A stretch of DNA of 64,000 nt, taken from Actinomycetota bacterium (GTDB lineage: Bacteria; Actinomycetota; JAHEXW01). The position numbers and the translations under genes were made by a program. The notes under the pieces were generated by a model. It ran no database searches. It was not told where the DNA came from and worked only from the letters and a program-made list of their open reading frames with translations. The stretch is from NCBI GenBank assembly GCA_025355855.1, contig JANXYU010000019.1:525-64524 (forward strand), in the 5' to 3' direction. This document shows positions 58,945-64,000 of this stretch, piece by piece. The number at the start of each line of letters is the position of its first letter. Position 1 is the stretch's first letter.

Positions 58945-60204
58945 ATGGCGGAAGAAACATACGACATCACTTTGTTCGTCGACGGCGGGTCGCGCGGCAA
59001 TCCCGGTCCGGCCGGTATCGGAGCCGTTATCGTTCGAGACGGCCGCGCCCCGGCCACTGTATCCGAATTCATCGGGGAAGCGACCAACAACGAGGCCGAA
59101 TATCAGGCCTTGATCGCCGGTCTCAAGAAAGCCGCCGAACTATCTTCCGGCAGCATTCATGTAAAGGCCGACAGCCTGCTAATGGTCAAACAGCTACTTG
59201 GACACTATAAGATAAAGAGCGATCAACTACGGCCTTTGCATGCGGAGGCGGCCGCCCTGCTCAAAACCTTTGCACGGGTCGGCATCGAGCATATACCTCG
59301 AGAGGCCAACGCAGCCGCTGATAAGCTGGTCAACGCGGCGCTGGATAAAGCCACCGGCAAGACAAAAAAGCTTAAACCGGCGGCTAAGCCAATAGTCGAA
59401 TCATCCGTGATCACGTTCCTTTCGGATTTTGGCCATCGGGACGCCTGGACCGCTATCGTGAAAAATACAATGAAAAATATCAACCCGCATGCTGATGTCC
59501 TAAGTATCACCCACGACATTGAGTCCTTTGATGTCCGCCAAGGCGCCTTCGTGTTGGAAACAGCAGTCGCGGATATAAACGCGGCCGTCCATCTAGCGGT
59601 TGTTGACCCCGCTGTAGGAGCCGGCCGGGACCTGATCATCCAAACCAAACGGGGCGATTACCTGGTAGGTCCGGATAACGGCTTGTTGCTGCCGGCGGCA
59701 ACCCGTTTAGGGGGCATTGAGTCCGCGTACGTGATACGAGCCGACGACTCGGCCGCGCCGCCCTGTCCGACATTTCACGCGCGTGACATATTCGCTTTAG
59801 CAGCCGCCGCTCTGGCGGCTGGCGAGGAACCCGGCCTGTTGGCCGACCTTATCGATCCCGTTTCGCTGGCGCCTGCTCCTTACGGTTACGCGACAGTCGT
59901 CGACGGCCAGATAGACGTGGAAATAATTAACATTGACGGATTTGGCACACTGCGCTTAAACGTTGAGGAAGAGGTGGCCCAATCAGCCGGATATTCGCCG
60001 CCGGCGCTCGTCGGGCTTACCTTGGAGGACGCACAACTAGAGCTAAACCTGGGCCGGACATTTACTGACGTAGGGCAAAACGAAATGCTGTTGCTTTTCG
60101 ACTCGAGCGGGTATCTTTGCGTCGCTGTGAACCGCGGTTCGGCGGCGGCCGTTCTCAACGCGACTGCCGGAGACAAAGCGACGTTGCGGCTACTTAAATC
60201 CTAG
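58945..60204 (+). CDS. Fusion: ribonuclease HI + SAM hydrolase/halogenase (DUF62) domain
   Basis: DGGSRGNPG, TNNEAEY, ADS.L, N..AD; then LSDFG..D, VVDPAVG..R, GPDNGLL, TFHARDIF, IDGFG, AVNRGSA. Confidence 0.88.
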   Translation: MAEETYDITLFVDGGSRGNPGPAGIGAVIVRDGRAPATVSEFIGEATNNEAEYQALIAGLKKAAELSSGSIHVKADSLLMVKQLLGHYKIKSDQLRPLHAEAAALLKTFARVGIEHIPREANAAADKLVNAALDKATGKTKKLKPAAKPIVESSVITFLSDFGHRDAWTAIVKNTMKNINPHADVLSITHDIESFDVRQGAFVLETAVADINAAVHLAVVDPAVGAGRDLIIQTKRGDYLVGPDNGLLLPAATRLGGIESAYVIRADDSAAPPCPTFHARDIFALAAAALAAGEEPGLLADLIDPVSLAPAPYGYATVVDGQIDVEIINIDGFGTLRLNVEEEVAQSAGYSPPALVGLTLEDAQLELNLGRTFTDVGQNEMLLLFDSSGYLCVAVNRGSAAAVLNATAGDKATLRLLKS

Positions 60205-60220
60205 GTACGGAGGCTGACTT

Positions 60221-61108
60221 ATGGATGCCGATCTGGACCGCTATCTGGACTACCTAAAGAGTCAGCATCGCTATTCGCCCCGGACAGTCGAAGCGTTCGG
60301 TCGAGACATCAAAACCTTCTTAAGCTTTTTTAAAAAAAACGGGACAGCCGACTTGGCCGAGGTCGACTATCGGCTGTTGCGCCGCTATCTGGCATATTGT
60401 GACACCCTCCGCCTGCAAAAAACGACAATCGCGAGACGGTTGTCTGCCATAAGGTCATTTCTGCGCTTTCTGTGCAATGAGGGCTCGCTCGAATCAAACG
60501 CCGCGCTTCTGGTAAGCTTCCCGAAGAGCGGCTCGACGCTGCCCAAAGTCTTGAGCCGTGACGAGGTTGAGCGCCTGTTGGCCAAACCGCCGATCGAGCT
60601 TAGAGACGGTCTGCGTAACCGGGCGATCATGGAGCTGCTCTACGCTACCGGATTACGGGTCAGCGAACTCGCCGGATTGTCTTTGTCTGATATCGATTTT
60701 CCCGCTCGCGAAATTCGAATAATCGGTAAAGGGGACAAAGAAAGAATCGTATTTTTTACGCCGGTAGCCGATCGTGCTTTGGCCGAATATCTAGCCATAG
60801 GCCGGGTCGACCAAGGGGAAGACAAGTCAGGCGGCGCAGTCTTTCTCAATGATCGCGCCCGGCGCTTGAGTGTGCGCAGTATCCAGAATGTCGTTGACCG
60901 GGCGGCCGGGGCAGGTCGCGTGGGGCGTCATGTCAGCCCTCATATGCTGCGCCATTCCTTCGCGACTCATCTGCTGGAGGAGGGGGCTGATTTGCGAACT
61001 ATCCAGGAGCTTTTAGGCCATGCGGATTTGTCGACTACGCAGATTTACACCCACCTGGACAAAAAGCGTCTGAAGGCCGTCTATCGGCAGGCGCACCCCC
61101 GCGCTTAG
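60221..61108 (+). CDS. xerC: Chromosomal tyrosine recombinase XerC
   Basis: TGLRVSE, GKGDKER, PHMLRHSFATH, QELLGH, TQIYTH, AHPRA. Confidence 0.9.
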   Translation: MDADLDRYLDYLKSQHRYSPRTVEAFGRDIKTFLSFFKKNGTADLAEVDYRLLRRYLAYCDTLRLQKTTIARRLSAIRSFLRFLCNEGSLESNAALLVSFPKSGSTLPKVLSRDEVERLLAKPPIELRDGLRNRAIMELLYATGLRVSELAGLSLSDIDFPAREIRIIGKGDKERIVFFTPVADRALAEYLAIGRVDQGEDKSGGAVFLNDRARRLSVRSIQNVVDRAAGAGRVGRHVSPHMLRHSFATHLLEEGADLRTIQELLGHADLSTTQIYTHLDKKRLKAVYRQAHPRA

Positions 61109-61152
61109 GAGGCTTTAAGACACAGCCAACACGGTTGTAGTATCCTTTATCC

Positions 61153-61935
61153 ATGAGCCAAACCCCGGCGGATGAACACAGCAAAATAATGGAGCTCTGG
61201 CGCCAATATAAAGAAGTAGGCACCCAGGAGCTGCGAGACAAACTTATCCTTCATTACGCGCCACTCGTGAAGTATGTCGCCGGGCGGCTGTACGTCAAAG
61301 TTCCCTCGAATGTCGATCACGGAGACCTGGTCAGCTCCGGTATATTTGGTTTGATTGACGCGATCGACAAGTTCGATCTCTCCAAGAATATCAAATTTGA
61401 GACGTACGCTATTGCCCGTATCAAGGGTGCCATAATCGACGAACTGCGCGCTCTTGACTGGATCCCGCGCTCGGTACGTTTTAAAGCCAAAGAATTGGAA
61501 CGGGCCTACCAAGAGCTCGAAGGCCGTCTAAAGCGCTCGCCAACAGATGAGGAAGTCTGCAAAGAGCTAGGCATTACAAAAGATAAACTGCACGACACGA
61601 TCACGCAGATCGGCAACACCGCAGTCGTCGCGCTCGACGACACTTTCACGGTCGGTAAAGACATGGATGGACGGGTCGGCTTGATAGACATCATTGAGGA
61701 CGAGAGCAGCGCCGAACCCGCCGCGACGTTCGAGATTGAAGAGATGAAAACGTTGTTGGCTCAATCTATCGATCGCTTGCCCGAGCGGGAAAAAACCGTA
61801 GTCGCACTGTATTACTACGAAGGCTTGACATTGAAGGAGATCGGCGAAGTCCTCGGGGTCACTGAATCCCGTGTTTCCCAGATGCACACCAAGGCAATTC
61901 TGCAGCTCAAGGCCAAACTCAAGCAATTCGTGTAA
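61153..61935 (+). CDS. whiG: FliA/WhiG family sigma factor
   Basis: [61 protein letters not shown]. Confidence 0.9.
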   Translation: MSQTPADEHSKIMELWRQYKEVGTQELRDKLILHYAPLVKYVAGRLYVKVPSNVDHGDLVSSGIFGLIDAIDKFDLSKNIKFETYAIARIKGAIIDELRALDWIPRSVRFKAKELERAYQELEGRLKRSPTDEEVCKELGITKDKLHDTITQIGNTAVVALDDTFTVGKDMDGRVGLIDIIEDESSAEPAATFEIEEMKTLLAQSIDRLPEREKTVVALYYYEGLTLKEIGEVLGVTESRVSQMHTKAILQLKAKLKQFV

Positions 61936-61957
61936 GTAGCGCTTATCTTCCCCCATA

Positions 61958-62037
61958 TGATAAACTAGTCGTTGCGCCTTTTTGCCTAATCAAGAGGGCG
62001 CGTCTATTATTTTCGAAACCAAGGAGGTGAAAGAAAA
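61958..62037 (+). promoter_or_regulatory. rpsB extended -10 promoter and leader hairpin
   Basis: TGaTAAACT (61958-61966); 11-bp stem 61974-61984/61991-62001; SD AAGGAGG. Confidence 0.5.
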
Positions 62038-62796
62038 TTGGCAATTATCTCGATGAAGAGCCTGCTCGAAGCCGGTGTCCACTTCGGTCATCAAACCCGC
62101 CGCTGGAATCCGAAGATGAAGAAATATGTCTTTACGGAGCGTAACGGGATTCACATTATCGATTTGGAACAATCACTGGGCTATATCGAAAAGGCATACG
62201 GATTCGTTAAGGATGTGTCGGGTAAGGGCGGCAAAATCCTGTTCGTCGGCACCAAGAAACAGGCTCAGGAAGGCGTAAAAGACCAGGCAGACCGGTCTGA
62301 AATGCCTTATGTCAACCAGCGTTGGCTGGGTGGCACCCTGACCAACTTCACCACCATCAAGGAAAGATTGCGCCGGCTGGAAGAGCTGGAACGCAAGGAT
62401 GAAAACGACGACTGGGACGGACTGCCGAAAAAGACGATCCTGCACCTAAAGCGCGAAAAGGAAAAGCTGGCCGCGAGTATCGGCGGGTTACGCAGGATGA
62501 GTAAATTACCTGAAGCCATGTTCGTTATCGACGGCCGCAAAGAGGTCCTCGCCATAAAGGAGGCCCGTAAGCTCGGTATCCCGATCATTGGATTGATCGA
62601 TACCAACAGCGACCCGGATGACGTAGATTACATCATTCCGGGCAACGACGATGCCATCCGCTCGGTTAACTTGATTGCGCGGGTCATGGCAGACGCCGTG
62701 CTGGACGGTACGGCCGGCAGCCAGGCCGCGCAGGCGGTGGCCGCCCAAGAAGCGGTCGCGGCGGCGGACGCGGCGGTTCCGGCAGCAGAAGTTTAA
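62038..62796 (+). CDS. rpsB: 30S ribosomal protein S2
   Basis: [37 protein letters not shown]. Confidence 0.98.
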   Translation: MAIISMKSLLEAGVHFGHQTRRWNPKMKKYVFTERNGIHIIDLEQSLGYIEKAYGFVKDVSGKGGKILFVGTKKQAQEGVKDQADRSEMPYVNQRWLGGTLTNFTTIKERLRRLEELERKDENDDWDGLPKKTILHLKREKEKLAASIGGLRRMSKLPEAMFVIDGRKEVLAIKEARKLGIPIIGLIDTNSDPDDVDYIIPGNDDAIRSVNLIARVMADAVLDGTAGSQAAQAVAAQEAVAAADAAVPAAEV

Positions 62797-62810
62797 GGAG
62801 GAACAAGATA

Positions 62811-63344
62811 GTGGTAACAGTAGACGACGTCAAGAGCCTGCGTGAGGCAACGGGTGCCGGGGTCATGGAGTGCAAGAAGGCTCTAGCCGAGTGCCAGGGC
62901 GACGCGACGCAAGCGGTCAAATGGCTGCAGGAAAAAGGCATGTCAAAAGCAGCCAAGCGCAGCGGCCGCGAAGCTAGCGAAGGCTTAGTCGAAGCATACA
63001 TTCACAACGCGGGTCGTTTGGGCGTGTTGGTTGAAATCAATTGCGAGACCGATTTTGTCGCCCGCAACGAGCAGTTCCAAGAGTTCGCGCACAGCATCGC
63101 CATGCACATCGCGGCGGCCGGACCGGCCTATGTCACTGAGGACGACGTCCCGGTAGACTTGCTCGACGGTCTGGACGATGCGGAAAAGGACGCGTTCCTG
63201 AAGGAGAAAGTTCTGTTCAACCAGGGCTTTATCCGCGACGAGTCCACTCCGGTCGGACAGGTTGTGACCGATCTCATCGCCAAAACGGGGGAGAATATCG
63301 TTATCCGCCGTTTTGCTCGGTTCGGGCTGGGTCAGGAAAGATAA
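62811..63344 (+). CDS. tsf: Elongation factor Ts (short form)
   Basis: LREATGAGVMECKKAL, NCETDFVA, GENIVIRRFARF. Confidence 0.96.
   Translation: MVTVDDVKSLREATGAGVMECKKALAECQGDATQAVKWLQEKGMSKAAKRSGREASEGLVEAYIHNAGRLGVLVEINCETDFVARNEQFQEFAHSIAMHIAAAGPAYVTEDDVPVDLLDGLDDAEKDAFLKEKVLFNQGFIRDESTPVGQVVTDLIAKTGENIVIRRFARFGLGQER

Positions 63345-64000
<656 letters not shown>

Noticed and set aside
62720-62793. Ala-rich GCG repeats at the rpsB C-terminus
   Set aside because: Ordinary low-complexity S2 tail

Overview
Bacterial chromosomal window, mostly housekeeping genes on the + strand. Gene order (tlyA-recN-steA-steB-pyrG-nudF-xerD-scpAB; xerC-whiG-rpsB-tsf-pyrH) points to a deep-branching Actinomycetota lineage with some Firmicutes-like neighbourhoods (accB-accC-Asp23-nusB-ispA-dxs; DUF3866; deoB-pdp). 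This taxonomy is inference. The first ~2 kb is the AT-richer end of an element integrated at the 3' end of tRNA-Val(GAC), with an excisionase-like HTH and an intact tyrosine integrase. An accessory patch at ~43.8-53.1 kb has mixed orientation and two interrupted genes. A TPP riboswitch precedes thiM-thiE-thiC-thiL-thiD. No CRISPR or rRNA seen. Best candidates for undescribed biology: (1) a GCS2-like carboxylate-amine ligase + divergent phosphatidylserine-decarboxylase-like enzyme + MFS module with no adjacent pssA, in which the decarboxylase membrane anchor is encoded by one arm of a long 9-mer-based inverted repeat; (2) an RNase HI-SAM hydrolase (DUF62) fusion with both active-site motif sets intact; (3) an extended SteAB locus with an M23-like protein and a GT2-MraY/WecA-like fusion. 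All family calls come from motif recognition by eye, not database searches.
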